Part shown: positions 12,508 through 23,744 of the stretch, piece by piece
Layout: each line of letters starts with the position of its first letter
How positions within the stretch are numbered: position 1 is the stretch's first letter
Assembly (NCBI GenBank): GCA_951406725.2
Contig: OX597817.1
Span: forward strand, 164,424,001-164,488,000
Reading direction: 5' to 3'
DNA length: 64,000 nucleotides
Source of the DNA: Octopus vulgaris
Taxonomy: Eukaryota
Position numbers and translations under genes: made by a program
Notes under the pieces: generated by a model
Databases searched by the model: none
What the model saw: only the letters and a program-made list of their open reading frames with translations
What the model was told of the DNA's origin: nothing

Positions 12508-15094
12508 CATTGTTTCTCTGCTGGAGTCCATGTAACACTTGGGGGCCCCTGTAAGATTTTGTTGTTAAAATGTATGTGCAATAAATTGGTTCATTGCACT
12601 TCTACAATGCACAACACATTTTAACATATTTTAGTACAATCCCTAATAATATTTAAATATGTAATTGTAAAAATATTATAGGATTTTTTAAAACTTTGAA
12701 TGGTTCTGGAGTTCCATCCAAGTAAAACTGGTCACAAGTAGTGACTGGACTCAAACTGGACTAAAACTGGACTCAAACTGGTCACAAGTAGTCACCTCTC
12801 CAACAAGAGGCGACAACACCTTGGACCTGCTCTTCACCACAACTCCTGAAGCGGTTATCAATTGCACTACGGAGGAACCTCTAGGTGACTCTGATCATGC
12901 TATGATCATCGCCAATCTGGCTCTTGCGGGCAACAAACACCTGAACCATCTCCAATCTGCTTCCTTCGATTGGAAGAGAGCAGATTGGAACCTGTACCAC
13001 ACTGAACTACAGCACCCAAACTGGCGTGAATTCTACAACTCTGGAGATGTGAATACTATACTCCAGAGTATCCTGGACTCAATATGGGCAGCATGTGCAG
13101 CATCAGTGCCACGTAAACAAAAAAAGAAGAACCGCCCCAAAAGGGCAATTTGGGAAACTTCAGCGGTCCGACTTGCCAGGAAGGAACGTCGGACTGCTGA
13201 ACAGGAATACAAGTTGCATAAATCAGACACCAACAGGAAGAAGCGGAATAAATCCTCCAACCATCTCAAGCAAGTGACAAAAAATGCAGTGCTTGAATTT
13301 GAACAGTGCATAGCAGCCAATCCTGACAGCAAGGTTTTCTGGAAATATGTGCATTCAAAGCAGAGACCTCACTCTCCAGTGGGCCCTCTTCGCAACCCTC
13401 ACACGAACCAGATCACTGACGACCCCAAGGAATGCGCAGAACTCATTGCCGAGTGCTATGCAAACATATTCACTGTCGAAAGTCAAAATGTACCATCTTC
13501 ACCATCACTAACAGCAAACTCCATAACAACTATGGAATTTACACCTGCAATGCTGCGACGTCACCTTCAAAATAAGCGCAACTATGCCTCCCCTGGTCTC
13601 GATGGAGTTACATACCTGCTTCTCAAACGTGGCAGGTACTTCCTTTTACACCAGCTTTCTATTTTCTTCCAGTACTGTCTCAACAATGGTGCTACTCCGG
13701 AGCAGTGGAAAACTGCCAGTGTCATTCCTCTGTTCAAAAAGGGTGACCGCACATCACCTGTCAACTATCGCCCAGTCAGTCTCACTAGCTGTATTGCAAA
13801 ACTGATGGAATCGTGTGTCAGAGAAACACTCTGGAACTTCTGGAGCTCTCACAGTCTCATCCGACCCTCACAATATGGATTTGTCCCTAACTCCAGCTGC
13901 AGTGACCAGCTTGTTGAGTTCCTTGAGGACATTACTCAGATCACTGACAGTGGCTCATGGGTGGATGTTGTCTACCTTGACTTTGCTAAGGCTTTCAACT
14001 CTGTGCCACACAAAAGGCTTATGGTGAAACTCTCTGCAATGGGTGTGGGGGATGACCTTTTTAACTGGTTGAAATCCTTCATCCTCAGCCGAAAGGAGGT
14101 AGTCACAGTTCTAGGACAGCACTCTACACCATATGAGATGTCATCGGGTGTACCACAGGGATCTGTCCTTGGTCCCCTCCTGTTTGTGGCATACATTAAT
14201 GACATAGATGCCAATTTAAAGAATGCCACAGTATTGAAATATGCAGACGACATCAAGCTGTACCTTGAAATCAAGAGGACTGATCCTGATGTCTACAACT
14301 CTTTCCTGCAATCAGACCTAGACACAATGCAGCAATGGATCACAGACTGGCAACTGAAACTGGCTGTGGACAAGTGTACCACCATGCATTTTGGGAGAAA
14401 AAACCCTGCGTCCACATACTCCCTCCACAACACTGATATCAAGAAATCCTCTTGCGAGCGTGACCTAGGCATCACTGTCAGCAGTGATTTGCGTTGGACA
14501 AAGCATATCTCTAAAATTGTCAAGAAGGCCGAGGGTGTCTTGGCATCACTCAGCAAGACTTTTGTTAGCCGCTCTCCAGCCATCTATTTAAAACTGTATA
14601 CTGGTACGACCACACTTGGAATTCGCATCATCAGTTTGGAATCCCTATCTTGCTCAGAACATTGACCTCCTGGAATCTGTCCAGAGACGTGCAACCAAAC
14701 GCATACCCTCCATCAGACACCTACCATATTCTGAGCGCCTTGTTTCCCTGGGCATGGATTCACTGAAGCTCCGGCGTCTGGCGATGGACTTGGTAAACAC
14801 CCACAAGGTTATCAACCACCTCACCAACAACAACACTGAACACCTTTTTGATCTCCATGTGTCTAACACACGTGGACATGCCTACAAAGTCAGAAAACAG
14901 CACAGCTCCCATGACTTTCGGAAATTTTTTCACGCTCAGGGTTGCTGAAGCGTGGAATAAACTGCCTGCATCAGTTGTTGACTGCCATGACACTGCATCC
15001 TTTAAGGCCCTCATGCTTCCCGAAATCCGTCAAAACTACACCTGATTATATATACACTTTAGATGAGTTGTAGTGCACCTGAGCACTGTACACA

Positions 15095-15126
<32 letters not shown>

Positions 15127-15169
15127 AGGGGTTCATAGGGAAAAAGTGTAAAATGGTTGAGAACCACTG
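12508..15169. mobile_element. hAT (Charlie-like) MITE split by the LINE insertion (parts 12508-12724 and 15126-15169)
   Basis: Left end CATTGTTTCTC, right end TTGAGAACCACTG (TIR about CAGTGGTTCTCAA); 8-bp TSD CTTTAAAT (12500-12507) / CTTTAAAC (15170-15177). Confidence 0.75.
12768..15125 (+). mobile_element. 5'-truncated CR1/L2-group LINE ORF2 (end of APE endonuclease plus full RT), short 3'UTR, (ATT)n tail
   Basis: QVVTSPTRGDNTLDLLFT..LGDSDHAMI (APE end), SPGLDG, PLFKKGD..NYRPVSLTS, QYGF, YLDFAKAFNSVPH, SGVPQGSVLGPLLF, YADD, RDLG; frameshifts near 14600 and 14925; stop at 15045. Confidence 0.95.
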
Positions 15170-15849
15170 CTTTAAACAGTTTAAACTTTTTTCTTTTCTT
15201 TCATTTTTTAATATTTTTTGTTTTTGTGGTCATTTCAATTAAAGCTTTCTGTCTGCACACAAAGCCACTTAATGATAGGGTTTTATCATTAAACCATTGA
15301 AAATCTGATTAAATGAAACCTATTTATTACTGACATGAATGAAGTTTACTTTTTATTTAAACATCCATTCATGGAAAGGGGTGTGTGGATTAAAGCTCTA
15401 TATGAAATGCCTTCCTCACACATATGTAAAGTTAACAAACTGTCCTGTTAGAAACAATGCCTGTATTCTTCTCTTTTTCTTATATGTCGTCTTTCTCTTT
15501 CTTTTACAATTGCAGCTTTTGTTTCCTTTTGTTTCGTTTCAACTTGTGAAGCTGAGTCAGCTGTACAAGCCCTGTCTCTTACAACAAATACCATTATTTC
15601 TATGCCATTTTGAAATGTTGTCATACTGACTTCATGTCCTTTTCTTTATATGTCATCTGTGTGTGGTTATGTAGTTCAGAAGCTCACTTCCTAATCATTT
15701 GGTCTCAGGTTCAGTCCCACAGTGCAGAACCTTGGGCAAATGATTCCTACTATAGCATCAGGCTGACCGAAGTTTTGTTAGGGATTTGGTAGACAGAAGC
15801 TGAAAGAGGCCTGTGTATTTGTGTATATCCTTACCAGTGTCGTCTTACT

Positions 15850-16170
15850 GCCACTTGTGCCTGTGGTGCGTGAAGAAAACATTCGAGCGAGGTCACTGCC
15901 AGTGCTGCTGGACTGACTCCTGTGCAGGTGGCACGTAAAAAACACAATTTCGAGCGTGGCCATTGCCAGTACCACCAGACTGGCCCTCATGCCGGTGGCA
16001 CATAAAAGCACCCACTACACTCTTGGTGTGTTTGGCGTTAGGAAGGGCATCAAGCTGTAGAGACTCTGCTAGATCAGATTGGAGCCTGGCGCAGCCATCT
16101 GGTTCACCAGTCCTCAGTCAAATCGTCCAACCCATGCTAGCATGGAAAATGGACATTAAATGATGATGAT
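15850..16170 (+). mobile_element. RTE-LINE 3'UTR copy
   Basis: GGTGGCAC.TAAAA modules, GGCGTTAGGAAGGGCATC and GGACATTAAATGATGATG tail. Confidence 0.8.
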
Positions 16171-18209
16171 CATCATCACCATCATCCTTGTCTAAACATC
16201 ACATGGAAATTGTAAACAAGCACCACCATCATACAAATGATGTTCATACATAGCCTTCCTTGGAAAACATGCCTGGCCGTGGGGAAATGTTACCTTGCTT
16301 GGAAACAGGTGAGGGTTGACAATAGGGAGGGTATCCAGCAGTAGAAAATCTGCCTCAGTAAATGCCATCTGATCCATGCAAGCATGGAAAGTAAGTATGA
16401 AATGGTGACAATGACTATGTCACTCCCTCCTTGATAACTTGTCTTTCCACTATGTTTAATTTTTTTTTCATAACACTCTACTACATATAAGTTATCTGTT
16501 AATATATCTTTCCATTGTATGAAGCCATTTGTAACAAATCTCTTTTTCTGATCTTTACAAGTTAACTATAACAAGATTTTTCGAGGGCTATATATATATA
16601 TATTCATACAAAGCAGTCTGTCATTCTGTTTGATAGAGCAGTCATGTGTGCTCGGGTTTTATTGGTAACATTATTCTCTTTCAAACCGGTTACTACATTA
16701 CACTTGACCCATAACCATCTCAAAAACATACTACAGTTGTTATTTTTTTTTATTCAACACAATTATCAAATATTAGAGTAATGGCATGACATGTCATCTT
16801 GTCTTTAGCTACTATCTTGTTCCAAAGTGTAGAACAGCCATATGGCTTTGTTAACCTCAATTTATTAACTCTTGTTAATCACTGAATATATATGTGAGTG
16901 TATGCCAGCATGGAAGGCAGACATTAAATGATGATCATTATCATATCATATGATATTCATATGATATGATCATTATCATTCATATCATATGATATTCATA
17001 TGATATGACGTTTTGGTTTTTTGTTTTGCTATAAGTTAATGTGACAGGAAAATATGATCCAAGTTTGCTTGATAAAACAAGGCTGACTTTATTATTGCAC
17101 ATTTTTAGAGCCATTGTACAAAAAACATATCTCTGCTTGGCTATTTATTGCTTTGCCAACAGGATTCAGGAAAAACACATGCAGGTGTAAAAGCAATTTG
17201 TCAAGCAGTTTATAAATGTCAACAACAAAAAGGTGCTTTTCTAATATACTTCAAATGTATGTGGTTGTGCGTATGTTGGGGTGGAATGGGTGCTTGTGTT
17301 ATTTAACTGTACTCTTATCTCTGCAAGTTTTCCATTTGCCTCAAGGATATTTTGTCCATTAATGTATTGTATTATTGTCAGACAAGTTATGTAAGCAATT
17401 GTGAGCCTGAATGAGGAGATTGTAGTAATGGTTGTGTTCAATACCATGTTGCCAGCACTTTACAGTCATTTTTCTTTTAAAGGCTTAGTCCAAAGAAGGT
17501 GGCAAATATAGAATTGTTAAAGTGCTGGACAGAATTCTTGTGGTATTTGTTGTGGCCATCTGTGCTCTTTCAGGTCTCACTGAGGTAAATGTTGCCTTCT
17601 GTTCTTTTGGTGGCATTAAAAAAAAATGCACCAAACCAGATTGGTAAAACCATTAGAGGTTTGGTCGAGACACCTTGCAATATGTTCTGGCTCTTTGCAT
17701 TCAGCCAGTAATGCCTGCGACAACAATATAGGTGCTGAAGTGTATCGGCCCCAAGTTAGCTGCCTTTTCCTTAGGTAAACATTGGCTGCTTTGAAAGGGG
17801 AGACTTGCATGCTTGAGCAATCACCAGTCTTCCTTAAAAAGTTTTGCCCAGGATTACACATACATGTATAGATGCAGGATTACCCTTGATAAACTGAGGG
17901 CCCACAGTCTGAGGAGGAAACTCCTGTTTCTGTGACCCTTTTCAAAGTATCTGAGACTAATGGAAAGAAGAAAAGAAGGATGGAAGTAAACCTCAAATCA
18001 GAGGCCTGGCCAAAATGCTTGTAATTGATGGAGCTCTGCTAAAGCACCTATGGACAATACAGATTTGTTAAAATTTTGTAGGAATATTAAATTTGTAGAA
18101 TCTGCTTGATTTAATGATTTCTTAAACACACTGGTGTTAACTTAATATCTATTTCTGACAATACTCGCCATCATCTTACTAATTGTATCTTCTTTTGTAT
18201 TTTTCAGTC

Positions 18210-18821
18210 ATGGCAGAGCAGAACAAGAGTGTAGAGGACGACTCTTACTCACAAGGAATGTTCTATTTCAGCACTCAGCATTCAGATGCTCTTAGAGCTA
18301 ATGTTGAAGCATTTCGTGTGAATGCAAACTACACTGATGTTACTATAATTATTGAAGACAAGAAATTCCCTTGCCACCGAGCCATCTTGGCAGCAGGTTC
18401 TTATTATTTCAAATCAATGTTTTCGTCTGGAATGGAAGAAACACATAAGAACTCATTTACCATCAAGCAAATCGATCCACTGGTGTTTGGACATGTTTTG
18501 CACTTCATTTATACTGGGAGCATCACCATTACTACTGGAATAGTCTTTGAATTGTTCTCACAATCTCATATGTTCCAAATCTCAACGTTAGTAGAGTTGT
18601 GTGTTCAGTTCTTCAAGGAGGAAATCAGTGACTCAAACTGTCTTTGCGCATTGTCTCTGTCTGATGCCCATGCACATAAGGAACTATACGAGTTCACCAA
18701 GGAATACGCCTGTAAACATTTCACATCACTCATAAAAGATGAAGATTTCTTACGCCTCTCTGGCGAATGTGTGATAGATCTGTTGAAGGACAGACGACTA
18801 AATTGTACAACTGAAAGTCAG
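18210..18821 (+). CDS. Kelch-like protein (KLHL24-like), coding exon 1: BTB and start of BACK domain
   Basis: Acceptor ttttcag|TC ATG; YTDVTIIIEDKKFPCHRAILAAGSYYFKSMFSSGMEE is a canonical BTB motif; donor CAG|gtgagt, phase 0, 204 codons. Confidence 0.95.
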
Positions 18822-19112
18822 GTGAGTGTTTGAATTTCTCATTTTCACCATTCTTGACTGCTGAGTCGAAGTAGATCATTGTCCAGCTTCTGCCTGGTTT
18901 CTAAATTGGCTGAACAAACCCCACTAGTCTGACATTCAGCTACATGACACACTCATGATAAAGAGCCAGTGGGAGCTGTCTATGTGTGAGAGCTCAACAT
19001 AATGGAAATCATACACTACTATCTTATAAGAAGATTATGAGACATTATCACACAATTGTTTTGAGGTTACCTATTTGGCAATGCTGACTTAGTTGACATC
19101 AGACGTTTTAAT

Positions 19113-19147
<35 letters not shown>

Positions 19148-19270
19148 GGAAGAAGGCCACAGACATACATTATGCATTGTTATAAATCTGTCTAATAAAG
19201 GCCCGAAACATATGTACCGCTGAATCCTTGGCATCATGTTTTTATTTTGATCAATTTATTTATCTATCTA

Positions 19271-19307
<37 letters not shown>

Positions 19308-19441
19308 GAGAGAAAGAGAGGGCATTATTACACATATATGCCACACACTAGGAGGGACTCTTAAAGTCAAATCTACTAAAATAAATAAACATATCGTACC
19401 AAATGCAACTCTCGAAGCAAGTCATTTAAAAACAGGATTCA

Positions 19442-19507
19442 GCTGCAGATCACCTGTGTTTTCATAATCAGTGCAGTGGTTTGCACTCTTTACTCATCAG
19501 TGCAAGC
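19442..19507 (-). ncRNA. Type I hammerhead ribozyme, antisense copy with a mismatch in stem III
   Basis: Reverse complement reads GCTTGCA CTGATGA GTAA..AGTGCA aaccac TGCACT..TTAT GAAA ACACAGGTGA TC TGCAGC. Confidence 0.7.
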
Positions 19508-19588
19508 ATAATTCAAGATTTATAATGAATGAACAAATCAACATACCAGACGATTGATTTTGTTCAATTATTATAAATCTTGAATTAT

Positions 19589-19654
19589 GCTTGCACTGAT
19601 GAGTAAAGAGTGCAAACCACTGCACTAATTACGAAATCACAGGTGATCTGCAGC
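19589..19654 (+). ncRNA. Type I hammerhead ribozyme (predicted cleavage after AUC, C19648)
   Basis: Stem I TTGCA/TGCAG; core CTGATGA (19596-19602); stem II GTAA/TTAC extended by AGTGCA-aaccac-TGCACT; GAAA (19633-19636); stem III ATCA-cagg-TGAT; H17 = C. Confidence 0.85.
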
Positions 19655-21174
19655 TGAATCCTGTTTTTAAATGACTTGCTTCGAGAGTTACATTTGGTAC
19701 GATATGGTTATTTTTTTTTTAGTAGTTTTAACTTTAAGAGTCCCTCCTAGTGTGTGGCATATATGTGTAATAATGCCCTCTATATAATATAAATAAATAT
19801 ATTTAAGTGAAAAAAATTGGTGGATTTTTTTCTCTTGAGGTTTTTCACGCTAACTACTTGATAAATTCTTATAAAGATTTTATCCTATTTTTAAATTATA
19901 TATATATATATATATATCCCTCTGGACTGATTGATATATCTGGTGCTTTGCTGTTCACTTGAAGTTCTGTCCACCACAAAAGAATTGATATCCTGGGGAG
20001 CATTTTGTCGTGCAAGTTACTCAGTAACTCTGTTGGTGCTATGTAAAATCACCAGTGCAGGTGCCCTGTGAAAAGAAAGTGCTGCTGGTGTCACGTAAAA
20101 AACATCCAGTACACTCTGTAAGGTGGTTGGCAACAGGAAGGGTATCCAGCCATAAAAACCATGCCAAAACAGACACTGGAGCCTGGTGCAGCCCCTGGCC
20201 TTGATAGCTCCCATCAAACTGTCCAATCTATGCCAACTTGGTAAGTGGATGTTAATGATGATGATTTCTGTATGTGCATTCATATGTTTATCTTCAGTGC
20301 CAAAACAGTTGCAAAAGCAAGTTGAATGTTCAGTCAGTCATGATTCACACCTGATCATCTTATTCCAGGCAGGAAAGATTAGATAATTTTCTCCCGGATA
20401 AATGACCAGATGGATTATACCCGCGCTTGCTCAGGGCAAACTTGGTACTCGACAACAACTGATAACGACCTCTATAGTTCTTTTAAGAATGACAATTAAT
20501 TCAGGATTATGTATGATTTCCCCCCCCCTCCCAAAAAAAGAAAGAAAGAAAGATGTAAGCAACAAAATGATTTGCTAGTTGAACCATCTTTTAAAAATTG
20601 TCACTCATTGGTTGTTAAAATCCTCAGAAATTAGGTCATCCACATCATACTTCTTGTTGTGTCAATGTACAATGTTCTTGTCGTCATCTACTTCTCTAGC
20701 TAACCTACATGTGTCTAGGATGTTCACTTTCACCAAGATTGCAGTATTCTCCCCCTCTGGCAAAATACTTTGTCAATATACTACTTTATCAGTAGTAGTT
20801 GTGGTGGTAGTATTATTAGTGACTGATGTTTTTGTAATTGTATTAGAGATATTATTGTAGTAATCTGGTAATATAGAATGTGATAATGTTATTGGGGGAG
20901 AGTGTAATTAGTAATTATATTAAAGATATTAGAGTAATACCCTGCATTGTGATAGTGGTGGTAATGTTGTTAGGGGAGGGTGTAATAAAAGTGCTTTAGA
21001 TGACTTAAAGCATGGAATTTGATGGTAAAATGTTATACTCTTATCAAGAAGACCCCTGAACAGAGGTATCTCAGCCATAGTTATCCCATATTTTTATTCT
21101 GAAAGCAGTTGAAGATAATGTGTGGAGTGGAGTGTGGGAGTAAGAACAAGGTGTAATAGATGTAGAGTACAGAA

Positions 21175-21407
21175 GGCGGCAAACCGGTAGAAACATCAGC
21201 ATGCCGGACGAAATGCATAGCCATATTTTGTCTGCCGTTACGTTCTGATTTCAAATTCTGCCGAGGTCGACTTTGCCTTTCATCCTTTCGGGGTCGATTA
21301 AATAAGTACCAGTTACGCACTGGGGTCGATGTAATCGACTTAATCCGTTTGTCTGTCCTTGTTTGTCCCCTCTGTGTTTAGCCCCTTGTGGGTAGTAAAG
21401 AAATAGG
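21175..21407 (+). mobile_element. Nin/Deu-domain tRNA-derived SINE, full length, in the KLHL intron
   Basis: tRNA-like head, GCCTTTCATCCTTTCGGGGTCGAT domain, TSD TGTAGAGTACAG at 21161-21172 and 21408-21419. Confidence 0.9.
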
Positions 21408-22631
21408 TGTAGAGTACAGTATTATAGTGAAGACAAATACAGGATGGTTGTGCTCTGTGCTACAGTGTAGCAGTAAGGACAGTAATTGTATTTTTTCTGA
21501 TGACTTATAAAACATTTAAAGAAAATTTATATTTCTGATATTTAAATCCATTTATCAATATTATCATGGGTTATGCTGTTCTGTAAATCACCTTGTTATC
21601 TTAAGCCTTCATCCCCCAGGTTTTGTTGTTTTCGAATTGTCATCAGTGCATTTGTAATGTTGCTTCTTTTGTCTAATCAAGGGTATTGGCTCTACACAAA
21701 CCCATTTTTACCTGTCAGAAGAGGTGGTCCATATTAGTCTGGCCTCTATCCATTGACCTGTTCAGCATAGGTCTCAGGGTCATTGAGACACTCAAGCCAC
21801 CACACTGCAACCAGGACTGGAATTTGTGGTAACATAATAGTGTTAGTTACTAGTTAACATTTTTATCTAACCAGCAATCACTCAAGCATGAAGTGAGAGT
21901 AACACCTGCATTTCAAATAAGGCTACTTCATGCATATAATTTATGCTAGAGTCCAACAGTGTTGGTGGCTGGTTTTAAACCATGACTCAGTTATACAGCA
22001 CCTTAACCACAACACTTCATTGCCTCTAAACATTTTTTTATGGTTTGGCTATGGATTTCTCTTGCTCCCCATCTCATCATTTCTGTTTTATTTGATCACT
22101 ACAACAAAACAGCATTTACATTGAATCTTCATTCTCCACTGCTCTGATTCATTGATGCAACTTAACAAGAGTCTGTTCATTCTTCTATCTACTAACTTGT
22201 CACTAGAACATTATAGAAATAGGATTTCTCTCCATTTATTAAACATAAATATTAAAGATCTGAACATTCTGTGTGACCCCTGTTTTTGGAACAAAACTTC
22301 TTGTGATAAAGACTGTACCATCTTCAATCACTAACCTAACTTGAAATCTTGTTGATGTTATTGTTGTTCTCATACTGTAGCGATTGTTATTATTTAAACT
22401 GTACATGAAAGTGATGGGCCACATAACAAGCAGAGCATCAGACAAAATGCTTTGCATCTCTTCAATTTCTGGGTTAATAAAATAATTACAAGCAAGAAGG
22501 CTGCATATAAAATAGGTATAAGACATGCATTGACTTAAGTTAATTTAATCGATTGTAATTCTAAAATATTTGTGCCACTTTTTAAAAAAAAAATCGATAT
22601 TTCAACTCTATTGACTTGTTTTCTTTTGTAG

Positions 22632-23744
22632 GTTTTCGAGGCTGCTGTCAAATGGCTGGAGTATGACATTGAACACAGGAAATCTTTCCGCTACCAGATG
22701 ATGACTTGTGTGAAGTTTCCCTTGATTGCTCAAAGCTACCTGCTGGATTACGTGATCAAATCCAATCATATGACGTGTGAAAAGGGTCAAGAAATGATAG
22801 AGGATGCAATCTCATTCCATACTGTTCCTTCACGGCGTAACTTACTACAAGCTTATCAGATTACTCCTCGCTTTGCTTTCTCTTACACGGAAGTTGCTGT
22901 ACTCCTCGGTGGCAGAGTGGCTGATGGCCTCAGCAGTGATGTGGAGTTTTACAGACCAGATACAAAAGAGTTTGTGTCTTTGAAACCGCTTCCCTTCAAA
23001 AAGCGAAACGAATATGCTGCTGCAGTGATCGGCAATGAGATTTATGTGTCTGGTGGTTTGAGAAGTCCAGAATTATGGAAATATGATCTCACATTCCATT
23101 CCTGGATTAGAGGAAACAACATGTTACAAGCTCGAAGACGACACGCTATGGCTGTCGTTGATAACAACATTTATGTATTGGGAGGATTTGATGAAGAATG
23201 TGTGCTAAACACTGTAGAAATGTGGGATAGTTCTTCAAATAAATGGACAAGCACGGGAAAACTACTGTTTGCTGTAGAAAACATGGGTTATGTTGCCTAT
23301 GGTAAATACATCTATCTGTTCGGAGGGAAAAACAATGACGAGGTCGTGACAAATGTCGTACAATGTTATGATACAACAACACATACCTGTAGCATCGTAA
23401 AGAATGGTCTTCCTGCAAATGACATGTGCCTCAGTGCTGTGGTATTGAACTCTCAGATATACGTGGTAGGGCTTGAAGGTGTATTTCGTTACACACCACT
23501 AACTGGTAACTGGGACATTCTCCCCGAAATGAGATGTGCCCGTGACTTTGTTAGCTTGGCTGTGCTGGATGAGAAAATCTATTTATTTGGGGGCCGGTGC
23601 AGGGGGTCAAAAGAGAACCTTTATTCTGATCTGATAGAAGTGTACAACTCCAAAGACAACTCATGGGATGTTGTTGGCAAGATCCCTGTGCCAATGTATT
23701 CATATGGTTGTGTGAAAATATTTCTCAGTCAAACAAATACATAA
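22632..23744 (+). CDS. Kelch-like protein (KLHL24-like), coding exon 2: rest of BACK and six-bladed Kelch propeller
   Basis: Acceptor ttttgtag|GTT gives VFEAAVKWLEYD in frame with exon 1; GG..Y..W Kelch repeats; LPFKKRNEYAAAVIGNEIYVSGG, RRRHAMAV and PMYSYGCV resemble KLHL24/35/6 motifs; total 574 aa. Orthology not established. Confidence 0.95.
   Translation, partial: VFEAAVKWLEYDIEHRKSFRYQMMTCVKFPLIAQSYLLDYVIKSNHMTCEKGQEMIEDAISFHTVPSRRNLLQAYQITPRFAFSYTEVAVLLGGRVADGLSSDVEFYRPDTKEFVSLKPLPFKKRNEYAAAVIGNEIYVSGGLRSPELWKYDLTFHSWIRGNNMLQARRRHAMAVVDNNIYVLGGFDEECVLNTVEMWDSSSNKWTSTGKLLFAVENMGYVAYGKYIYLFGGKNNDEVVTNVVQCYDTTTHTCSIVKNGLPANDMCLSAVVLNSQIYVVGLEGVFRYTPLTGNWDILPEMRCARDFVSLAVLDEKIYLFGGRCRGSKENLYSDLIEVYNSKDNSWDVVGKIPVPMYSYGCVKIFLSQTNT

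Larger units (their letters stand above)
19317..19781. repeat. Long inverted repeat (foldback), arms ~225 bp with a ~12-nt loop, probably derived from a Penelope-like element terminal repeat
   Basis: AGAGGGCATTATTACACATATATGCCACACACTAGGAGGGACTCTTAAAG at the left end is the reverse complement of the right end; centre AAATCAA-cataccagacga-TTGATTT; flanked by (TA)n. Confidence 0.9.

Noticed and set aside
13033-14583. Several antisense ORFs over the LINE
   Set aside because: Shadow ORFs of the RT reading frame
17700-18060. GC-richer segment upstream of KLHL, candidate 5'UTR exon or LINE 5'UTR relic
   Set aside because: No convincing splice-site pair or recognisable motif; cannot be assigned from sequence alone
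21628-21650. Minus-strand CTGATGA-caattc-GAAA
   Set aside because: No stem II, stem III or closing stem I
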